64,000 bases of DNA, taken from Histomonas meleagridis 2922-C6/04-290x. Taxonomy: Eukaryota; Protista; Parabasalia. The notes beneath the pieces are model-generated. The model did no database searches. It was given only the letters and a program-made list of their open reading frames with translations, and was not told the DNA's origin. A program made the position numbers and the translations under genes. Below, piece by piece: positions 50,411-59,606 of this stretch. Location of the stretch: positions 868,001 through 932,000 of the forward strand of contig JAANOX010000205.1 of assembly GCA_020184695.1 (NCBI GenBank), written 5' to 3'. Positions within the stretch are counted from its first letter, which is position 1. Each line of letters opens with the position of its first letter.

Positions 50411-53050
50411 ATGGACTTAAAAAGTATTAACAATTTGCCAAAACGATTCCAAAATGTATTCCCTTATGATACTTTTAATAAGATGCAATCAAAGGCTTTC
50501 GATATAATAATGAATGATGATTCAAACGTTTTATTATGTGCTCCAACTGGCTGCGGGAAAACTGTAATCGCAGAATTGGCATTCGTTAGATCAATGATTC
50601 AACATGAAAAACATTGTTTAATGTTATATGTTTCTCCATTAAGATCTTTATGTCAAGAAAAAGTTAGAAGTTGGCAACCGAGATTTGAAAAATGTGGATT
50701 AGTAGTACAAGAATATACTGGAGATAGTTCTGTTACATTTCCTTCTTCTTTAGTTACAGATACATTATTATGTACAACTCCCGAGAAATTAGATTTAGCT
50801 ACAAGAAGTTGGAACAAGAAAATTGAAGTATTTTTTAACTTATCATTACTTGTAGTAGATGAAATTCATATGTTAGGAGATCCAAGAGGTGCAGTATTAG
50901 AAGCGATTATCTCAAGAATTTTATTTATCAGTGATAGAAACAATGAATTATATCAAAACCCACCAATTAGAATAGTAGCATTATCAGCGACAGTCCCAAA
51001 TTATGAAGATGTCGCACAATGGTTAAGAGTTCCATTTAAGAATTTAGAGAAAACTATATTTAATGATGATGTCCGTGAAACAAAATTACATGTTAAAGTC
51101 TTTGGTTATAATTCTGCATCAAATGATTGGATGTTTGAAAACACATTAACTCCACGTGTTTCATCAATCATTAAACAATATTCAGATAACAAACCAGTGA
51201 TCATATTTTGTTGCACAAGGAAAAGTTGTGAAAAAACAGCAGCAAAACTTGTAGCTGATTTTCATATGAAAACAAATATCAATGAATCATGTGTTAACGA
51301 TAAGAAATTAGCAGAATATTTAAAATGTGGAGTCGGATTTCATACCGCAGGTTTATCGAATAGTGATAGAACAATTGTAGAACAATTATTTTTAAGAGGT
51401 ACAATAAAATTTATTTGTACAACTTCAACACTTGCACAAGGAATTAATTTACCAGCACATTTAGTAATAATTAAAGGAACAAAACATTATAATGAAAATG
51501 AATTACAAGAATATAATTCATCACAAATATTACAAATGGCAGGTAGAGCAGGAAGACCTCAATTTCATGATGAAGGAATTTGTGTAATTATGACTGAGAA
51601 AAAGAACATCAAAAAATATGAAAGTGTTGTTAATAATACAATGTCAATTGAAAGTTCCTTATTAAATAATCTTGCAGAACATTTGAATGCTGAAATTGCA
51701 TTAAATTTCATTAATGATCAATCAGATGCTATAACATGGTTAACATCTACTTATATGTATATTCGAGTACAAAAAAATCCACTTTATTATCATTTAAATG
51801 ATTCTTCTAAAGTTCATGAGTTCTTACAACAACTTTGTATGAAACATTTAAATTTATTATATAAAAATAAATTCATTAATATGAATCAAGACGGTGTTAT
51901 TCAACCATTACAAGTCGGAATTTTATGTTCACAATTTGGGTTAATGATTAATACAATGATACATTTTAATAAAGCAGATAAATTAGAAAGTTTATCTGAC
52001 GTTTTAACTTTATTATCTTCAGCAAGTGAATTTTTGGATTTCATTGTTAGACAAGAAGAAAAACATAAATTACGTGTAATGAGTGTAAATCCATTGTTAA
52101 GATTTGGTATTCATTCAAGTGATGATTCGAATTTCTTTACACCTGAAACTAAAGTATTTCTTTTAATTGATACGATACTTTCACAAGGTAAAATCGATGA
52201 TTGGAGTTTGTCACAAGAGTTTTCACGTATTAAAAGGACAGCTGAACGTTTACTTTCCTGTTTATTTCAATTACAAATATATAAAAAGAGTTTCATTGGT
52301 ACAGAAAACACATTAATTTTATCGAAATGCATTACTAAACAAATGTGGGAAAATAATACAACAAAACAAATACAACAAATCAAAAAAATTGGTGATGTTT
52401 ATTCTAAGAAATTACAAGCTGGAGGATTTGAAAATATCAATGACTTAAGAACAATTCAATCATATCAAATCGAAAAATTAACAAACCATAGATTTGGATG
52501 GGGTATACCAATTATCGAAGAAATAGCACAAATTCCAAACTATGTAATTTCGATACAAACAGATGAACGACCTGATGAATTATGTATAAACATTAGGAAC
52601 TTAAGTGAAAAAGATCCAACGTCACCTTTCCATAAAGCACATATTTTAGTAGGAAGTGATAAAGATGATCAATTAATTGCATATTATCCTATTAACCATG
52701 TTGTTGGACATTTACATTCTACTTTTAGAGTTGAAATTCCAAAAGGTTTTACTTCATCCGATATAATTGTAAAATGTATTGACTCTGAATTCCTTGGAAT
52801 TGATATTGACTCAAGGAATTTAAACAAAGATAATGATAAATATATTCAACAAACAGTTAAAAAACAATCATCAAAACCTAATGTTAGTGGTCAACAACGT
52901 ATTGATGTACTTTTACCGGAATTATTGGCAAACAATTCCAAAGATGAAATTGTATGGGAAATGAAACCTATCGAACAATCAGAAGATAAAACAGAAATCG
53001 ACTCTGACTTTTGGGATAATTTAGAATTTGATGATTCAGATCAAATTTAA
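50411..53050 (+). CDS. MER3: Meiotic DExH helicase Mer3/HFM1
   Basis: FNKMQSKAF, CAPTGCGKT, VVDEIH, LSAT, GVGFHTAGL, STLAQGINLPAHLVIIKGT, QMAGRAGRPQF, IESSLLNNLAEHLNAEI, Sec63 domain; single helicase cassette. Confidence 0.88.
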   Translation: MDLKSINNLPKRFQNVFPYDTFNKMQSKAFDIIMNDDSNVLLCAPTGCGKTVIAELAFVRSMIQHEKHCLMLYVSPLRSLCQEKVRSWQPRFEKCGLVVQEYTGDSSVTFPSSLVTDTLLCTTPEKLDLATRSWNKKIEVFFNLSLLVVDEIHMLGDPRGAVLEAIISRILFISDRNNELYQNPPIRIVALSATVPNYEDVAQWLRVPFKNLEKTIFNDDVRETKLHVKVFGYNSASNDWMFENTLTPRVSSIIKQYSDNKPVIIFCCTRKSCEKTAAKLVADFHMKTNINESCVNDKKLAEYLKCGVGFHTAGLSNSDRTIVEQLFLRGTIKFICTTSTLAQGINLPAHLVIIKGTKHYNENELQEYNSSQILQMAGRAGRPQFHDEGICVIMTEKKNIKKYESVVNNTMSIESSLLNNLAEHLNAEIALNFINDQSDAITWLTSTYMYIRVQKNPLYYHLNDSSKVHEFLQQLCMKHLNLLYKNKFINMNQDGVIQPLQVGILCSQFGLMINTMIHFNKADKLESLSDVLTLLSSASEFLDFIVRQEEKHKLRVMSVNPLLRFGIHSSDDSNFFTPETKVFLLIDTILSQGKIDDWSLSQEFSRIKRTAERLLSCLFQLQIYKKSFIGTENTLILSKCITKQMWENNTTKQIQQIKKIGDVYSKKLQAGGFENINDLRTIQSYQIEKLTNHRFGWGIPIIEEIAQIPNYVISIQTDERPDELCINIRNLSEKDPTSPFHKAHILVGSDKDDQLIAYYPINHVVGHLHSTFRVEIPKGFTSSDIIVKCIDSEFLGIDIDSRNLNKDNDKYIQQTVKKQSSKPNVSGQQRIDVLLPELLANNSKDEIVWEMKPIEQSEDKTEIDSDFWDNLEFDDSDQI

Positions 53051-55432
53051 TAATTCCAATAATCTTTGATGAAAAAGTTGAATATTATTATTGTTGAAAC
53101 TTAAAGAGCTTAAAAACATTATAAACCTTTGAAGAATTTCTTTCAATGTAAAAATGTTAATTCTTTTAATTGGAACAAAACCATTTTCATAATAATATTC
53201 ATCATCAAAAGTATTATTTAATATGTTTTTATTTGTTAAATTTAATATTATATCAAAATAATTTTCAATTTGTTCATTAGTTAAATACTGATAAATTATT
53301 GGAAATATTAACAAAATTTCTTGTGGTGCTTCAGATGAATTAAATAATGAATCAATAAAATTATGGAAATTATTTCCCATTTTATTTATTAATAACTCAG
53401 GAAACGAAACAAAATACATAAATATTAGTTCACTCAAATTGGCAAAAAGATTTGGTTCTTCATTATTGAACAATTCAATAATTTTAGTAATAATTAAGTC
53501 ATATAATTCAAATTGTACTTTTAAATTCTTTAATATTGTCGCAATTAAAAATCCGGTGTCTTTAATAGAGAAATTATTAACCAAATAAAGGAAAAAATTA
53601 AAGTCAATTTGAATTTGATTCTGACTTTTCAAAATAATATTTGAAAACAAAACCATTGTATTCTCAAATGAAATCGGTGACATTTTATCTAAAATTGGTA
53701 TTAACATTTGAAAAGAAACATTCATTTCATCAAAGTAAATCGGTGAATAATAAGAAGAAACACAAAGTAATTCAATAATTGAACTCATTAAAATTTCATT
53801 TGAAATTCTAAGCAATTGAATAGAGTTCACAAATATTTCTTTACAAACCGTAAATTCATTTGAATTCGGTAAACTTACTATTAAAACTAAAAGTGTATGA
53901 ACAATTGAAGAAATATTTACTTCTGGTTCAACTTCATTATAGTAAAATAACATATTAAATGACGAGCCAATTAGTTCGGAACTAATTTGTATGAATTGAC
54001 TTAAGAAATATTTTTCATTAAGAAAATATATTATTATGTCCATAAATTGTGGAATTGCATATTTTTGTGAAACTTTAATAATTCTTTCGATAGAGTTTCT
54101 TAAGTTTATATTGTTCCGAATGAATTCTTTAGTCTTTTCATTAGTTATTGATGGAAGTAATTTACATAGACATAAAGTTAAAAAATATTGAACAATTTCA
54201 TCGTTTTCACTATTTAATAATTCAAAGCATTTCATAACATGTAAACAATTTGGTTCCCAATGACATTCATATTGTAAAATCAGTAAAATTCCAGAGTTTA
54301 CAATTGAATTGTCTTTGATACAACCGAAAATATGTTCACAAAAAGTCTGCTCAATTTCAATTGGAATTGATCTGAAAAGTGCCGATACAAACAGAAAAAT
54401 TGAATACATTGAATTTGGGTTTGTTTCCATTTTCAGTTGATTTGTTAATTGTTGGAATAATGATAATGAAACTGAAGGATATAAATTAGAAATTGCTTCT
54501 AAACATCGAAAAGCTGAAGCACGCGGATCATCAATTGGTGACATTGAGTCAATATGATATTCACAAATAAATTGATTCGGATCTTCGATTTTTTCGGTAA
54601 TAGCAAAGAATCGCCAAAAGATTCCAATTAAAGATGATTCGAAATGACTTAAAAATATTTTGTTTTTGGATGAAACTGAAAATAATTTGAAGAATTTGAT
54701 TGCAATTTTTGGGATATTTAAATAAGGGAAAATGTTTTGGACAAAAGTAATAATTATATTTGCATCAATTGGATAACTTCCGACAATTTCACTGTAAATT
54801 GATATCATTTTGTTGAGGAATTGTGGGACTTGTAACGAATTAACAAATTGTAAAATCATTAAAACCGATTCCTCATTTAACACTATAAACTTAAGAATGA
54901 ATTTGATGACGCTGAGTAAAATGTTTAATACGTCAAAATTCGATTCGATGTTTAACTTTTGAATTATCACTTGGAAAATCATTTGCAGAAATTCGGTGTT
55001 AATGAATTCCTTTTGTTGATGCAAATAACATTTTAATAATATAATTCCGGAAATTTGATGAATTTCTTTGAGTATTATTTGCTCCCAATTAACACATGTT
55101 TTCGTTTGCTCAATGATTTCATCTATTAAATAAATAACGATTTTGATGTTGTTTGAGTTTGTTTTCATAAAAATTATTGGTAAGTTTTGGAGTATAAATT
55201 CTTTGATTTCATTTGATAATAATTTTTCCCATTTGTTTTTGATAACAAGCCTCAACTGTATCAACGCCATATTTTTGATGTTTTCTTCTATCAAATCCAT
55301 TTGTAAAATTTGGAATAATTGTAAATAAAAATCAATTGTTAACGATACCGTATTTAAGAATGAATCAATTTGTTGTAGCAAAGCATTATCATTTGTTGAG
55401 TACGCTTGCTTAAAAATGTTTACTAAGTCCAT
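53036..55432 (-). CDS. Importin-beta superfamily HEAT protein
   Basis: IBN_N-like start (MALIQLRLVIKNKW), EDPNQFI.EY...DDPRASA. Confidence 0.65.
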   Translation of the reverse strand: MDLVNIFKQAYSTNDNALLQQIDSFLNTVSLTIDFYLQLFQILQMDLIEENIKNMALIQLRLVIKNKWEKLLSNEIKEFILQNLPIIFMKTNSNNIKIVIYLIDEIIEQTKTCVNWEQIILKEIHQISGIILLKCYLHQQKEFINTEFLQMIFQVIIQKLNIESNFDVLNILLSVIKFILKFIVLNEESVLMILQFVNSLQVPQFLNKMISIYSEIVGSYPIDANIIITFVQNIFPYLNIPKIAIKFFKLFSVSSKNKIFLSHFESSLIGIFWRFFAITEKIEDPNQFICEYHIDSMSPIDDPRASAFRCLEAISNLYPSVSLSLFQQLTNQLKMETNPNSMYSIFLFVSALFRSIPIEIEQTFCEHIFGCIKDNSIVNSGILLILQYECHWEPNCLHVMKCFELLNSENDEIVQYFLTLCLCKLLPSITNEKTKEFIRNNINLRNSIERIIKVSQKYAIPQFMDIIIYFLNEKYFLSQFIQISSELIGSSFNMLFYYNEVEPEVNISSIVHTLLVLIVSLPNSNEFTVCKEIFVNSIQLLRISNEILMSSIIELLCVSSYYSPIYFDEMNVSFQMLIPILDKMSPISFENTMVLFSNIILKSQNQIQIDFNFFLYLVNNFSIKDTGFLIATILKNLKVQFELYDLIITKIIELFNNEEPNLFANLSELIFMYFVSFPELLINKMGNNFHNFIDSLFNSSEAPQEILLIFPIIYQYLTNEQIENYFDIILNLTNKNILNNTFDDEYYYENGFVPIKRINIFTLKEILQRFIMFLSSLSFNNNNIQLFHQRLLELLNLI

Positions 55433-55510
55433 TTACCAAAGCATTTAAAACGACATTTTTATTTTGACACAAATGAATTGCCAGAAAATGTTTTGAGAGA
55501 AAATACCCAA

Positions 55511-56899
55511 ATGTTGAGTTCTTCCGATTTCTCGGATTTCCTCTTTGATGACGAGACAGAAACAGATACATTTGTAAAGGAGACTCTAGTTCCAACAAAA
55601 AAGTCAAAAAGAAAACTAATTACTTTTTCTCATACTGATATGATTTTACTTTTAATTTTATCTTTCTTTTCATTTTGGACACGCCATTTTGTACTTCAAT
55701 TCCCTGATAAGCCAATTTTGTTCGAAACAAAATATGGAGAATTTTTAAATAATTATGTCAAAGGGAATTTTTTTATTAGTGATAATCCGCCATTAGGAAC
55801 TTTATTTATGTATTTTTGCTCAATATTTATACAATATAATGGTAATATTAATTTCAAATCGAAATATCAAAATGTTGATTTCATAAGTCTTCGACAAATC
55901 AATGCTCTTTTCTCTACGTTTTGTCCACCACTACTTTTTATATCAATGAAATTAATTACGCATAAAACGTTGTCATGTTTAACGCTCTCTTTGCTCATTA
56001 TGCTTGATAACGCAATGATTGTCACTGGACGTAACATTTCATACGAAGGAATTTATCATTTTTTTATTTCATTATTCATATTAACGAATTTAATTTTTCA
56101 CAAACAAATTTCTAATTCCATAAATTGGTGGATTGCATATGTTATTAATTGTATTATATTTTCAATTTGCGTTTCCATTAAATTTGTAACAATTTCATTA
56201 TTTCCATTTATATTTATATTTAATATTTGCGAATCCAAAAATATCATTAAAAAAAGAACAATAATTCAACTTTGTGTCTTATTACAAATATTAATATTTA
56301 TACTATTTATTTCTTATGTTACACATTTATCTTTATTAACATATTACACAGAAAGTGTTTCACTTCTTCCAAAACGTTTCCAAACTTCGTTCATTAATAA
56401 AACATCGGATAATCAACAATGGAAAGTAAGGACAGAGAATCAATCATTAATACTAAATGTAATCTCATTATGTCACATAAGACAAAATAATTTGGAGTTT
56501 AAACAATATAAATCGAAATGGTACAAATGGCCTTTCGCATTAGCTAAAGGATTATTAATGTTTAAACACGATAAAGTGAAAATTATATGCAAACAAAATG
56601 TTTTTAATGTGTTTTGTGGTACGATATCTGTGATAATATGCATAATTAAAAGGAAAATGAATTACACAACATGTTTTGCAATTTGTTATTTGTTTGTTCT
56701 AATTGCACACGCATTTGTTGCTCAAACATTTGTATTCGATTATGCTGTCCCAAACTTATTCGCATTAATTACATTCATTTCTTTGATAGAAAATGAATTA
56801 TCTCATAAAAGGAAAATCCAAAAATTAATAATGGCAATTGTTCAAGTTGTTTCTGTTTTGATTTTCTTGTTTTCTCTTAATGAAATTTATGGAATTTGA
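55511..56899 (+). CDS. PMT/GT39-like dolichol-phosphate-sugar protein O-glycosyltransferase, no MIR domain
   Basis: FWTRHF...PDKPILFETKYGEF...NFFISDNPPLGTL, multiple TMs, YKSKWYKWP; first ATG is at 55511. Confidence 0.8.
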   Translation: MLSSSDFSDFLFDDETETDTFVKETLVPTKKSKRKLITFSHTDMILLLILSFFSFWTRHFVLQFPDKPILFETKYGEFLNNYVKGNFFISDNPPLGTLFMYFCSIFIQYNGNINFKSKYQNVDFISLRQINALFSTFCPPLLFISMKLITHKTLSCLTLSLLIMLDNAMIVTGRNISYEGIYHFFISLFILTNLIFHKQISNSINWWIAYVINCIIFSICVSIKFVTISLFPFIFIFNICESKNIIKKRTIIQLCVLLQILIFILFISYVTHLSLLTYYTESVSLLPKRFQTSFINKTSDNQQWKVRTENQSLILNVISLCHIRQNNLEFKQYKSKWYKWPFALAKGLLMFKHDKVKIICKQNVFNVFCGTISVIICIIKRKMNYTTCFAICYLFVLIAHAFVAQTFVFDYAVPNLFALITFISLIENELSHKRKIQKLIMAIVQVVSVLIFLFSLNEIYGI

Positions 56900-57008
56900 T
56901 TTCGGAGAACGTTAAAATCGTTGATGTGAATGCGACCGTTAACGATTTTTGGAAAACATTTAAAAAAAAGAAGCCACAGACACAAGTGACAGAATTCCAT
57001 GCTGTAGT

Positions 57009-57674
57009 TTACTTGGTTGCATATTTGCTGATTCTTTTCAGCTGTTGTGCGAGTTGTGGGTTGTGATTTTGAACATGCTTGATGAAATCATCCAACAAAT
57101 CCTTTTGTTGCATGAAAAGATGTTGTTTCTCGATGAATCTGAACTGCGCCTGATCTCTTACATATTGATCTGAACGATCAATTTCTTCAAAAATAAGACT
57201 GAAGATAGTAACGTTCTTGAGTTCAAGTTGTTGCTTTATCATAAGCTTAGAGCCATCGAAAACTGCATGGAACGATGTGCGATTTGATGATATATTTTTG
57301 AGAACATTGATGAAGTTACTTAGAAATGTTGCCATTGTCTCTGTCTTACGAAGATGTTGAGATTTTTTGAATGACGCAAATGTATCTGCCGAAATTATAC
57401 ATCGAGAAAGATAATAGATATCATCTTCTCTTGTAAGTTCAATGTGAATTTCACTCATTTCACCATCAGTTGGAGTAATAGAAATTTTGATACCAAGTTG
57501 GATATCTTTTCCATTTTCTTCAACTGTAATTTGGTTCATTGAATCTATGAACATAAAATCTTCTTTTAGTTTGGGATGAATAAATGAATTTATTGTTTCT
57601 GCAGTACTCATAGAAAGTGTTATTTCTTCTTCTTCCCCAAAGTTTGATTGACTTTCTTCAGATACTGACTCCAT
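57009..57674 (-). CDS. SAS6L: SAS-6 N-terminal fold protein, SAS6-like (SAS6L) type
   Basis: IELTREDDIYYL...F..FKKSQHL...F..., KNVTIFSL.F...D..VR.Q..FRF, short tail ending HNPQLAQQL; no long coiled coil. Confidence 0.65.
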   Translation of the reverse strand: MESVSEESQSNFGEEEEITLSMSTAETINSFIHPKLKEDFMFIDSMNQITVEENGKDIQLGIKISITPTDGEMSEIHIELTREDDIYYLSRCIISADTFASFKKSQHLRKTETMATFLSNFINVLKNISSNRTSFHAVFDGSKLMIKQQLELKNVTIFSLIFEEIDRSDQYVRDQAQFRFIEKQHLFMQQKDLLDDFIKHVQNHNPQLAQQLKRISKYATK

Positions 57675-57783
57675 CAGTTCAAATGCCGATGCTTTTCAGT
57701 TCACATGTCGCTAAATCAATAAACGTCCGCCATAAAATATTTGTGTTAATATTTGGCCGACCAATATATCCAAAATCCTTAAA

Positions 57784-58974
57784 ATGTCTGATCAAGATTT
57801 ACCAGAAGATCTTGAAGAATTAAAGATACTTGCAAGCCAAGGGAATGGAAAAGCAATGCTGTTTTGTGCTTTCCAATATGAAAGTCAATTTGATTATGAA
57901 AATGCAAATCTTTATTATAAAATGGGTGCTGAAAGTGGCTTTGCAGATGCACAATTTTTCCACGCATTCCGTCTCGAAAATGGTATTAATGTTGAAAAAG
58001 ACATTTTTGAAGCTAACAAATATTATAAATTATCTGCAGATCAAGGAAACAAAGATGCTCAAATGCATTACGCTATGAATCTCCAAGAAGGCTGTGGTGT
58101 TCCACAAGATGAAGAAGCTGCTAAGATGTATTTAGCAATGGCTAAAGATCCAAATACCAAAATTCCAAAACCTTCTGAGCAACTTCCAGCTGACTTTGGT
58201 TCGCAACTTCTTTTAGCTGAACAAGGGAATGCCAATGCTATGTTATTAGTTGCCTTTCATTATGAGCAAGAAAATGATTTTGTTAAATCAGCCGAATACT
58301 TTAAGAAAAGTGCTGACGCTGGTAACCCGGATGCCCAATTTTGTTATTCCCTTAAGCTTGAGAATGGAATTGGTGTTACTCAAGATCAAGCAGAAGCCTC
58401 ACGATATCTTCAAATGAGCATACAAAACGGAAATGAAGAAGCCAAAGATTATTACAATCTTCGCAATACTCAAAAACAACCAGCACAACCCTCAAATCCA
58501 ATGGATTCACTTCCAAAGGATTATAAGCAACTTAAGAAAGAAGCTGACAAAGGAAATACGTATGCACAACTTCGCTGCGGCATTCTCCTTGACAGCAGCG
58601 GTCGTTATGAAGAAGCGAATCAAATGTTTAAGTTAAGTGCCGATAACGGAAATCCAAATGCGCAATTTTTATATGGAATGCGACTTGAGTTTGGAGTTAA
58701 CATTCTTCCCGATGTGCCAATGGCGAATTTGTATTACAGAAAAAGCGCTTTGCAAGGTAACGAAGATGCGATGTTCCGATTTGCAATGAACTTAGAAAAT
58801 GGAAATGGAGTCAAAGCGAATCCTTCAGAGGCAAATAAGTTCTATAGAATGAGCGCTGATAAAGGGCACAAAGATGCAATGGTGGCGCTGTCAAAGAACT
58901 TAAAGACAGGAAATGGAATAGAGAAGAACGAGAAACTGGCGGACGAGCTATTGAAGAAAGCATATGCATCATAA
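57784..58974 (+). CDS. Sel1-like repeat protein
   Basis: Repeated A..YYK.SADQGN.DAQ..Y...LENG.GV units. Confidence 0.92.
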   Translation: MSDQDLPEDLEELKILASQGNGKAMLFCAFQYESQFDYENANLYYKMGAESGFADAQFFHAFRLENGINVEKDIFEANKYYKLSADQGNKDAQMHYAMNLQEGCGVPQDEEAAKMYLAMAKDPNTKIPKPSEQLPADFGSQLLLAEQGNANAMLLVAFHYEQENDFVKSAEYFKKSADAGNPDAQFCYSLKLENGIGVTQDQAEASRYLQMSIQNGNEEAKDYYNLRNTQKQPAQPSNPMDSLPKDYKQLKKEADKGNTYAQLRCGILLDSSGRYEEANQMFKLSADNGNPNAQFLYGMRLEFGVNILPDVPMANLYYRKSALQGNEDAMFRFAMNLENGNGVKANPSEANKFYRMSADKGHKDAMVALSKNLKTGNGIEKNEKLADELLKKAYAS

Positions 58975-59606
58975 ATATTAACTTTATTTGTAATTCTTTT
59001 TGAAACGTTTTCTTTATGGTTAATGTTTCATTTGCAAATTTTTATCAATAATTATTTGAAGGAATGTGGCTACATACACATACCAAAATTAATATAAGAT
59101 TTTGTCTAATTAATGTCCTCGAAGTATGTCAATATTTCTAAATCATTATGTTTATATTAAGAATAATAACACGTTTTTATATATTGGCAATTAAATAGAA
59201 AAATATATCAATTATAGAAACATTAGATACATAATAAAAAGTTAATTTTGTTTTATAAAATGATTTTTATTTTAAATGCAATGTAATATTTGCTTTTATT
59301 TAAATAGGTTTTTTAGAAATATAGTATAATATTTATATATTCTAATAACTTACTAAAGAAAATATTATTATTTATTCATAAACAAATATTTAAATATTTA
59401 TAAAAATATCATATTATTATTGGAATTAATATTTATGAGATTATTATCATAAATAATACATCACATGTTTAACATTTGTATTAAAAGAAATGAAGATATA
59501 AATATGTTTTACTAAAAGAATATACTCATTTAAAACACCGAAATTCTGCTGTTATTTATGTTGAAGAAAACATTATGAAAATGTCAATAAATCAAAATGT
59601 TTATTT

